A stretch of 64,000 bases of DNA from Octopus bimaculoides (lineage: Eukaryota): NCBI RefSeq assembly GCF_001194135.2, contig NC_068985.1:31778658-31842657 (forward strand). The letters are read 5' to 3'. Every line of letters starts with the position of its first letter. The first letter of the stretch is position 1. This document shows positions 11,318 to 23,300 of this stretch, piece by piece. A program made the position numbers and the translations under genes. The notes beneath the pieces were generated by a model. It was not told where the DNA came from and made no database searches. It worked only from the letters and a program-made list of their open reading frames with translations.

Positions 11318-14300
11318 GACAGGCTTCTTTCAGTTTCCATTTACCAAATCCACTCACAAGGAGAGTAGAGGACAGTTACCCAAGGTGCTACACAGTGAGA
11401 CTGAACTTGGAACCATGTGTTTGAGAAGAAAGCTTCTTACCTCATAGCCATACCTCTGCCTATATATGTATGTGTGTGTGTGTGCGTGTGTGTAAATATA
11501 TATACGTACTCACACACACATATACCGTCATCATCATTTGTGTTCCAGTTTTGGCATCACACAATAGTTGTAAATGAGCATCACCATTATACAAGCAATA
11601 CCATTTATTTCCAGTCTTCTGTGAAACCACATCTCATCACGAGAAAATATATATTACCTTGCTTGGAAACAGATGGAGTTTTACAATAGATAAGGCAACT
11701 TAGCCTTACCTGATGGCCTTATCACAGAAAATTTGCGTCAATGAATTCTGTCTAACCCATGTTAGCTTTGTGAAAAGTAATGAGGTTTTGGCAAATTCTT
11801 CTCATAAAAACTGCTTGGTTAGTGATATACATGATTACAAGAAAATCCATAAAAAAAAATTTAGATAAGAATTAAGTTAGTTTTGTTTTCTTTCTTTCTT
11901 TAAATATTCTAATATTTCCTGAAGAAAATTATGCTTATGTCCATCTAGTATAATCCACCGTAAGAAAGGTTTAAGTTTTAAAACATCACCTTTGTACAGT
12001 ACTTACATTGGCTGACATTTGATTTAGTGGTAAAAAAAAAAAAAATTTAAAAAAAAAACACTATAGGCACAGAAGTGGCTGTGTGGTAAGTAGCTTGCTT
12101 ACCAACCACATGGTTCCGGGTTCATTCCCACTGCGTGGCACCTTGGGCAAGTGTCTTCTACTATAGCCTCGCGCCGACCAAAGCCTTGTGAGTGGATTTG
12201 GTAGACGGAAACTGAAAGAAGCCCATCGTATATATGTATATATATANNNNNNNNNNNNNNNNNNNNNNNNNNNNNNNNNNNNNNNNNNNNNNNNNNNNNN
12301 NNNNNNNNNNNNNNNNTGTGTGTGTGTGTGTGTATGTTTGTGTCTGTGTTTGTCCCACTAGCATCGCTTGACAACCGATGGTGGTGTGTTTACGTCCCCG
12401 TAACTTAGCGGTTCGGCAAAAGAGATTGATAGAATAAGTACTAGGCTTCCAAAGAATAAGTCTGGGGTTGATTTGCTCGACTAAAAGGCAGTGCTCCAGC
12501 TTGGCCACAGTCAAATGACTGAAACAAGTAAAAGAGTATAAAAGAGTATACTTTCATTTCTTTCATTGTAAATCATTTTTCAGCCTACATTTGGTAAAAG
12601 TAAAACAAAATTCCTTGACTTACTGAGTCCTTTATATCAGTAAGTAAACCTTCAACTGTTGTAAACTTTCCTCCTAAAGAACCAATCGTAGCTTCAAGGT
12701 CAAGTTCTGGAATAGAAATGCTGCTGGTTTCACTCTGTAATAGACAAAAGCAATTCATCATTAGTTAAAGATGCAATAATTGGCAAACATATTTTGAATT
12801 ATCATCAAGTAAAACAATTTTATATATTTGAAAACATGTCATAACTCATTTACGTGATTAAATATTTCAATAAACTAGGATAGCTATATTAAAAGTGATG
12901 TCAGAAAATAGTTATCTAAAGAGGAAATTTCTAAATTCAGTTTCATACAAAATGTTACAACCAACGTTTTCAGAGTGTTAAAATAAAATTAAAAAACTGA
13001 TAAAGATTAATTTCAATCAATGAATGAGAATAAATTCTCAAAATTACATTAAGAAAACTAAAGAAGTAATTAAAAAACAAAGAAAATGTGTACCTTCAAG
13101 ACATCTCGAGACAGATCAGAAATTGTTCGTATTCTCAAATCCAAGTGTTTCCCTTTTGGTTCTATGGCACCACTACTTTTAACTTCATTATCACGATGGC
13201 CACATTGATCACAAGTTGTAGCCATTATAACAACTTCCTTAAAGTGAGGAATATCTAGCAGAGTTAAGGTGATGGCATTAACAAATAGCAGTTATTTATT
13301 TCAGAGAAAGATTTTTAATTTGTAAAAGTTGTAATAGCTTCTTCAACACTATCAACATGTGAGTTTCTATATATGTGTGTATATATGTATATGTGTGCAT
13401 AATTTATATTGACAGATTACAAAACTATTTTTATCAATAATCCTCTTAACTATCATTCCAAAAGAAAGTTGTAAGGCTCAGAAAAAATGTTTTGCTCTTT
13501 AGCTGTTGCTTCTATTAATGCCATATTTGTTTTACTTTTTCCTCTTTCCTTTACTTTTTCACTTTTCTCTATAATATTTTGCAATGTTTAGAAAAAATTA
13601 TTACTTTATGCATTAGCCTTTATTCTAAAATGCAACTCATCACCAGAATAAAACACAATATTTATTTAGTAAAATATATCTTACTTAATAAACTTTAGCT
13701 ATTTAGCAAATGTAGAAAAGGAAATATTTAATTAAATTTTATTAAAATAAAAGGATACTGATTAATTTCATGTTAGTAGAACACAATGCATTGCAGTTAG
13801 GACAATTTATGTCAAAGGATAACACCTGCAATAAAAGAAATATAACAGAATATATCAATTTATGTCAAGCCAGTCACAAGCTTCGTTTCCAAATATCATC
13901 ACAAGAAAATACTTCAAAATACAAACATTTCTTACAAATAATAATTTTCAAACAACATTTTAGACAATAAATATTTAGTAGAAACATCTGTTGCTCTACT
14001 CTCACACCCTAATGAACTTATCACCCACCCATCCTAATCTTCTGTCCATACTTTCTCATACTCACTTTCTTGTAAATTATAATTGTGGGTAGGAAGAATT
14101 GGCCATATCATTTAATATGAGGTTTCTGGTGTAAGCCACAGTAAGAATGACAAGAAAAGAACAGGTTGATGCATTTAAGTAGGTGTGGGCAAGAGTAATA
14201 CACAACTTGATAGCTCAGAAGAGTAGGAACTGTCACAATAACAGAAGAAAGAAAGAAAAGAGATGGTATGTTGGAAAGATGATTGGGCTTCCAATTTTTT

Positions 14301-17300
14301 TTAAATTGGTGAATTCTTTTATATATTTTAGATGCTATTAAATGAGACAAGTTCATCATGCTTCCTTTGACATAACAACCTTTGAAGTTCATTGCTCATA
14401 GAAGTGGGGCTGACGTGGATGGAGCTAACAAAGTTAAATGTGGATGATGTTTGTATAGACAAGGTTATGGAGAAGTGAAGGGTGGAATTGTGGCATCATT
14501 TGCACAGAAATATGTTTAATTAGAAGTGACAATATTCTTTGTAATTTTGGCACAAGGCCAGCAACTTTGAGGGAAGAGGGAAAGTCAATTACATCAACCC
14601 CAAATGGATGAAAGGCAAAGTTGACTTTGGTCGGATTTGAACTCAGAACCTAAAAAATTGGAAGAAATGCTACTAAGTATTGTGTCTGTCACATTAATGA
14701 TTTTGCCAGTTTGCCACCAACAATGTGGAACCCTAAAGTATGCCAGCATTCAAAGATTGTGACTTGGACAGCTTCTAGTCAATACACTCTCTGCTGGGAA
14801 AATTTAGAAATGAAAAATTGATGGAACCCAAAGGCAGAAAAATCTCATACTAAATATGGTCAATACTAAATGTGTTCATTTGATATCAAGATAATTAATA
14901 TTTTTTTTTTTTGTCAAAGTTCTCAAGAGATAACAACCACAAAGGTTAAGCATTCAAAATCAAACACTGAAGGAATTGGCAAGGCAGAAGCTGTAGGTGG
15001 TCACTAAAAAGGGAAAGACATTTAAAATAATAAAGTAGGTAAATTTAACATAATCAGGAGATGAAACTTTCACCAAAAATAGCTGCAAGTGGTAGATTTT
15101 AAATAACAAACGACACCTCCTTTCAGAAGAAAATTTGGAACTGATGTAGCCTGGATAGGAAAAGATAGGAGCTGGATGTTATATGTTTCAGAGAAAAATT
15201 GTATGTATGTGATTTGCATATTAATAGGAGGTAGTTTGCAGGGTCAAGGATGAAGGAAATTTCCTGAACACTGGTGTAAACACACACACACACATTTAGG
15301 ATCTTTGCATAAGAAATTTTATATAAAGTGTGTTGAAATTTAATTTTGTAATGAATTATTTCTATATACCTCATCTTTAAGGTTCAAAGTACTGTCAGCA
15401 GGAATTCCAGCACTTGCAACAACACTCCGATCATCTTCTTCAGGCTATAAATTATATGTAATACAAAGAAACAGAAATATTACAATGATATACAATAAAA
15501 AATTAGAGAGAAAAGTGTATCAAATAAAAGGAAACAACAACAATATCACCAATAATAATTTCTCAAACAAAAGTTTCCATATACTCAAGAAAGTATTTCC
15601 TCTAAATCATAAGACAATGAAAAGAGGTTATATTTTCTTTAAAATACACTGAAACCCTTACTGCAGCCATTGTGTCTCATGTCTCCCACCCTGCTATAAA
15701 CCTGAAGAAATTCAAGCTGAATGTAAACTTACTTGACCTTAATAGTATAAATAAGCCTGCAAAAAAGGCTTGGTCACTCCTCCTTGCAGGAAAATGTAAA
15801 GAAAAGGCTGACCAGCACAACTGAGCAATAAGTACATTGTAATATCAGTAACAAGGTTCTGAACAACTTAAGCATAACAAAAGGATCCAAAGTGTGTGGT
15901 AAGAGGTTTATTTCCCAACCACATGGTTTCAGGTTCAGTCCCACTGCATGGCACCTTGGGTGTTTTCTACTATAGCCTGGGTCAACCAAAGCTTTGTGAG
16001 TGGATTTGGTAGTCAGATACAGAAATAGCCCATCACTTGAGTGTGTGTGTTTGCAAGTGTGAATGTGTGTATTTGTATCTCCTTGTCTTAATATTGTGTG
16101 ACAGTTGTAAAGTGTTACTATCACACCAGCAATGTCATCATTTTGCAATATTCTGTGCAAACATGTCTAGCCTTAAGGTAAATAATCTTGGAAACAGGTG
16201 AGAGTTGGCAGCAGGAAGGGTATCCAGCCATAGAAAGTCTGCCTCAATAAGCTCCATTCAACCCACACAAGCATGGAAAAGTGGGCATTATGATGATGAT
16301 GATGATTATGAATATAAATATCAGTGGAAATAAAAATTACTCACTGGTATGCCAAGTGATACATTCTGTTCAGCAGACCTTTTAAAGTTGTGCACAACCA
16401 TTTCTGTATCTTTGTTTGGAGCATGAGTGGAAAAGTAGATTAAGGATCAATAAATGGAATGAAGAGAGATTTGCTTTTCATAAATACTGTACACTGTGAA
16501 AAATGTGCCATATGTATTTGAGTATATTTAATACATACTACAAAGGAAATGAGCATTAAGATGATAAAATGTTGTTTGTTTATTATACTAATCACAAAAG
16601 TGTAAAATGAACAATAGTTATTTTTTTATCCTTTCAAGAATATGACTTTCATTTCTATCTACCCAAAGTTAACAAAATTTGTACTTAGCACCTATGAACC
16701 ATGACTAGAAGAGCCTCTACAATTAGAATTAGCAATCCCATCCTACTCTTCTAAAAAATAGAAAAAAAAAGAGGACACATTGAATAATGTAATCCTAAAT
16801 ACACTATGCTTGAATAAAGATTCCAGGTTCTGAGTTCAAAGTTCTTCATGCCTGATGTCTGTTCATTCATGTGGACAATTAGTGCAGCAATATATCAGAC
16901 TATCCTCAGACAAGAGACATGGTCCAAATGCTTGCAATATAGTGGATTTGACTAAAAGCCAGCCGCTGGCATTGAAACAGGTGACATATTAAGTCTACCA
17001 CACAAAGGACGAAGCAATTAGGGTTTTATAGCATTTTGATCACTCCTGATGTAACTGTCACAAAGCTCATCATCATCATTTACCATCCATTTACTATGCT
17101 GGCATGGGTTAGACAGTTTGACTGGAACTGGTAAGCTAGGTTTCTACAGATGGATGCCCTTCCTAACACCAACCACTCCAAGGGTGTAGTGAGTGCCTTT
17201 TTTATATGTCACTGGCTCTGTCCACGACTACGATATCACTGGGCTTGACAGTCTTCTCAAGCACAGGAAATCGCCAGAGGTCTCAATCATTTGTCATCAC

Positions 17301-20300
17301 CTCCATGAAACAACAGTTCAAAATGATGATAGTGAGGGAGGCTGGGATGCATAATGTATCTATATCCACATTTGGATCTCTCATCCAATATACCCCTGTC
17401 GAGTCTACACCTGTCTCCCCATTTCTTTGATACCCTCTTATCTATCACTCTTCCTCTCTTCTATTTGCTATACTATGCTTCCTGTCTAATACTCTTTTCA
17501 CTCGGGCCAGTCACACGGTACTGGCAACATCCACGCTCAAAATGGTGGTTTTTACGTGCCACCTGCACAGGAGCCAGTCCAGCGGCACTGGCAATGACCT
17601 TGCTCGAATGATTTTCTAACGTGCCAGTAAGGCGATGCTGGTAACGATCATGCTCAAATGGTTCTATTTATATGCCACTAGCACAGAAGCCAGACAGCTG
17701 CTCTGGCAATGTTCACGCTCGGACGGTGCTGTTAGTACTCTACTGGCACAGGTGCCGGTCATCGAATATGGTTCAATTACGATTTCGATTTCACTTGTCC
17801 CAACAGGTCTTCGCAAGCAGTGTTTAGTGTCCAATGAAGGAGAGGTTGGCATGGGTGCCAGTCGTCAAATTTGGTTCAATTTCGATTTCAATTCACTTGC
17901 CTCAACAGGTCTTCGCATACGAATAAGTGAGTTGACTACACTTCTGGCAGAGGCCACAGATTATGCTCTCAATTGGCTTGCTGGGTCTTTTCACATACTG
18001 CATATTTCCAAAGGTCCCGGTCACTAGTCATTGCCTCGGTGAGGCCTAAAGTTCAAAGGTCGTGCTTCACCATCTCATCCCAGCACACTCTTCCCCGCTA
18101 CTAACTTCGTCACCTAGATAGCGGAAGCTATCAACTACTTCTAGTTTTTCTCCCTGGAATGTGGCAAAGGTTGTTTTCTGCACATTTTCAGTGTTTATTG
18201 CTCCTGAGCATCTGCCACATTCAAAAATTATCTTGCTAGTTAGCCTTCCTTTGATATTGCTGCACCTCTTATGTGTCCATAGCTTACACTGGGTACAACT
18301 TATGGAGTTTCTACCTACGCCTTTTCTGCAGATTGAGCAGCGCCATCTACCTGAAGTGGTTTGTGTTTTGTCTACCTTTCTGCTTATTAGGACTTTGGTT
18401 TTAGCTAGGTTGACTCTAAGGCCCTTTGATTCTAGTCCTTGCTTCCACTTTTAGCTAGGTTGACTCTAAGGCCCTTCGATTCTAGTCCTTGCTTCCACCA
18501 CTCGTATTCAATAATCCCTTATCATTCCCCCCTCTCACCTATCATGAGATCACTGTATAAGGGATTGCAATGGATTTGTTTGACCCCAATACATTTACCA
18601 TATCCCTTTCTATAACTGCCAGTTATCACACCCTCTCTCCCAAACCTCTTGTTATTGACAACTATCACACCCTCTTACTTTCTATCTACTTCTATTACTA
18701 TCTATCACTCTCTCATCCCCTCTACCAGACTTTCATCCCTCTCACTCAGTTTCTACCATCATATTCCAGTTCTCTTCACTTGAGTGTTTTGTTCTTCTGT
18801 CGTTACTGCTCTTCCATTCACCTTACCTCGAGTAGACAAATTCATCATAGAGTAGTGAGGACTCATTAATCTCACAGGGTACAATGCAATCTCAATAGTG
18901 CTTGTACCACGAGCTATATGCACCCAGTTCACTCTGTAAAATGGCAGTGTGGGAGTGAGAAGACATTTTTAGTACAATGGAGGACATCATAACCTCTCTA
19001 GTTTTAGTGCCATGTTAAAAGCACCGAGAACACCATGAAGTAGTTGGCATTAAGAAGGGATCTAGCATAGAAATCAAGTCAAAAATGAAAGGTACAAGTG
19101 ATACATGGCCATCAAACATATCTACAAGGGCAGTAACTTCAAACAGTAGCTAACATGGAGCATTACAACCTCTCCAACACATGTAAACATGTGAAATGGA
19201 CATAAATATATGGTTGGATATATATAGAGAGAGAGAGTGGGGAAGAGAGAGGAATGTGATTCACATCTCTTTTGAGTAAAATGCTGTATGTATAGCTTGT
19301 ACGAAAGACACAATACTAGTTAGTTGAGTATCTGGATTGAGATAGGTAGGGGAAGTAACTGCACTAACATGTGATATGAATAGATAACAAATACTGAATG
19401 GAAGGTACTTGTGACAGAGAATGACCAAAACATGGGGAATAACGGTGGTGGTGGTGGCTGTGGTAGTGGCAATTGCATAAGATTTCAGGATGTTTGGTAT
19501 CACAGGCAAGCTGACACAAGAATAATGGATATTAATATCATCTTTGCTTAATGGAAGTTATGTTTATTAGAGATTAGGTTTTTTGCAGGAAATCAAAGGA
19601 AAATAGCATTTCTGAAATGATTCCTAAGAAAATGTATCATTAGGAAAAGAGTATATCTTTAAAGGATATGGATTCTCCACAAAGCTGTTACCACTGGGAT
19701 CATCAATAATCTGAAATAAAAAATATTCATTAAATACTTGCTTAAAAAATATATAATTTTTCAGATAGCACACACAAAATATACATAAGTTCGTTATAGC
19801 TTTTAATGCTTTACAAGTACATATATGTATACATAAACACCATGACCACTTAAATATTGCATAACCAGAGCTAAGAAATGTAGTTCAGCTGTTAGGTAAA
19901 CTACACATTCTCAAACAAATTCCAATCAATGATCTACCATTAAATATATTTTTCCCTTTGTATCTTCTAATGTTCAACCCTTCTCGATTAGCTAATACTA
20001 TTCATTTCTCACTTAAACTCACTCAATGTAGTCGTCTTTGTAACCTCTATTATTATTCATATATAATTTTTTTAATACTTACAAGTGTAAATGGTTCTTC
20101 CATTTCAAGAAGTTTCTTCAACTTAATGACAAATGCATCTAATTGTTCTGCTAATTCAGGATGTTGTATCTAGAGAAAAAGAAAACAAATATGATAAAAT
20201 AAGTTTGTTTAGACAATAGTATCAAATTTGGATACAAAGCCAGTAATTTTAGAGAAGTGGTTAAATCCTTTGCATCAACTCTCCAGGGTTCAACTACAAC

Positions 20301-23300
20301 TTATTTTGTCAACTTCAAAAGGATGAAAGACAAAGTTGACCTCAGTAAGATTTGAATTCAGTACACAAAGAGGAAGAAGAAATGCCATTAAGCATTTTGT
20401 CTAATAAGTTAACAATTCTGCCTTAAGTTTGTTTTAATATGTAATATATGAAATATATCAAAACTATCTCTTTAATTTATAAGAAACTCAACAAAACACG
20501 TAACCTTGCAGTTTTCTCTTTCAACTGTCCCTTTCTGAAGATTCTTATGAAACAGATCAAGAAATATCTCACAATATCTTAGAATATTTATTCAGTTAAA
20601 CTAATTCTATATTTGAGAAGGCTGAATTAAGTATAATATCAACATGGCTAAAATAGATTAAGAAAATGAAAGGTTTTTTTTTACAACAATAATAAAATAA
20701 CATCACTTGGTATATATGGGTTAAGATTAAGTAAGAATAAGACATAATTTTTAATGTCAAAACACAAAGAAGAATTAATGACCAGATAACAAGGCAACCC
20801 TTAATGAAGATGGTGATGAATTGTGATGATGGTGGTAGGTGTCACTATTAATACTACCACTGTCATGATTATCAATTTATCAATTATCACTATCTTTCAC
20901 TTCATTATAATTTCAACCAAAGATGGAAAATATAAGAAACATCAGATAACCTTTCAAAATTAAAGAGAAAAAATTTTTTTAAAGAGTCTAAATTTGTAAT
21001 AACTTACTTTTCGGAGGGGTTGTTGGAACTCAATTCCTGTTATTGCATTTGCTATCAAACCTTCAATGTTTGTTATGCCTGCAACAGAGATTATGAGAGA
21101 TGTTTATAGAAAACCAGCTAAACATCTGAATCCAATGCATTATCTTTAATAAGAAGTTAATTTTAAAAAAAACATAAAAATTTAAAAAAAACACTATGAA
21201 CAATAATTTTAGATTCACAACCATTGTTATTATCAACACCAATCTTTTAATGTTAGTTTTTCTATATATTCAAAGATTAAACACATATGGAGTATAGCAG
21301 ATTGCCATGCCTCGCATTTCAGCACAATCTTATCTGTGAGGCCTAACATCCCAGCCTCCATTACTTATTTCCATTCCTTCAACTGTTGATATTTATAAAT
21401 ATGATATTATGTTGAGAAATATTCATTTTTATCAAACTTGCAAAATTTACTTTATAACCTCTTTGATGATATTTTAGCTGACCAACAATTTACAATGTTC
21501 TTGTAATATTTAGTGAACAATATACATTAAAAGATATTATGTGACTAAACAGAAACTATGGAGACTTATCAATACATTAAAATAATTTCTAGAATTCCAG
21601 GTATATCTTGAAATGGAGAGGAGCTGCTTTCCTTCAACATTTTAGTGGTTTTATATTTACATCTTACTTTCATTTCAATAACATACATTATCATCACCAT
21701 CTCTACATATGCTTTTGCTATGAGACATTGCTTTATGACCAGATGACCTTCCTGATAGAAATCTTTTTTAGCTACCACTTTACAAGCACATGATGTGTTT
21801 TGTTTTCTTCTAAAAACCAGGGTATACACAGTACAGGAAACATTAATTTTGTAGGCTCAGTAGGTTGTTCTTTCAATTTAAGAGTAAATTTTCCCATAGT
21901 ACAAAATCTTATGATCATGCTGTCCCAGAGAGCAGCATTTTCTTATTGAAAATGTTTCAATGTGTAATTTGCAATTTCATAAACATACTTCTTTTGTACA
22001 TGAACTTCTGAATATTGAGCATTAAACACTAACCTTGAAATGCTCAAAGCACTGAACAGACAACTGAAACACAATATTGCAGTCAGTCATAGTGGTCTAT
22101 ATATCACATACAGGTGGTTGTTCCTATGTGTTTTTAAGAAAACCCATCATATTTGTATAAAATACTTTAATACAAAGGAAGAGTATTGTTTTATAAGCTA
22201 AAACATCAGTAACATATACAGGGAAGTTTTATATAAATGAAATTTTCATACAAGTGTCCACTAGTTCATTTTGAAAGTAAATGTGCTAAAAAAATCTATT
22301 GAAGAATTTTTCAGTGTCTTTTCCTTCCCTATTCTTCATCTATCCTATTCTTTGCAGATACTATTATTAAATGTTATTAGATGATGACAAAAAGCAAAGA
22401 ATTAGAGAAAATATTGAAATTCTTAAAGAATTACTCTCAGACAGCTGGTGACATATACAAGAAGGAAGCACAACTGTCTAAATCAAACTGAAAATAAAGA
22501 TCTTGAAGAAGCTGTGAATAATTGTCTATTCATCGTCATCATCATCTAACGTCCACTCTCCATGCTAGCATGGGTTGGACGGTTTGACTGGGGACTGGTG
22601 AACCAAGTGGCTACACCAGACTACAATCTGATCTGGCAGAGTTTCTACAGCTGGATGCCCTTCCTAACGCTAACCACTCTGAGAGTGTAGTGGGTGCTTT
22701 TTACGTGCCACCGGCACGAGAGCCAGTCCAGCGGTACAGGAAATAAATACTAAAGGTAAGAAAAACCGATGAACTGATGAAGAAGGGAAATGGTTCAATA
22801 CTAAATCAACCAAGTTTCAATTCTGATTCAAGGATACTTGATTCAAATCAAGAATACTTGATTCAATCAAGAATACTTGATTCAATCAAGAATACTTGAT
22901 TCAATCAAGAATACTTGATTCAATCATGAATACTTGATTCAATGTCAACAGCTACTCACTTCCTTTCCCTGGTGGAATTTCAAAGTCTAGTTCTGGTATT
23001 CTTATTGTAGCAGAATCAGTTTGAATAACTTGCCGGTTTAAATCCTGTAACATTATATGAAAAATTAAACAATTAATATTCTTTTATAGGTGTATTTGAG
23101 AGCTTGACTAGGGATACATATCAATTGATGAAGGCAGAAAATATAATTAAAGCTGAAATTTTTTCATTGTCAGACATGTACTCTACATTTAGGTTTTTAT
23201 TGCAAGAGTGAGTGGTGATGTCAAGCTAAGTGGCAGATTAAATCTACCACTTAAGAAGCACAGTCCATTTGATAGGCTTCTGCATAGTTTCTGCCAACCC

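Noticed and set aside
12064-12140. tRNA gene
   Set aside because: A/B-box-like sequence belongs to SINE heads and has no complete cloverleaf; no true tRNA, rRNA or CRISPR array was seen in the window.
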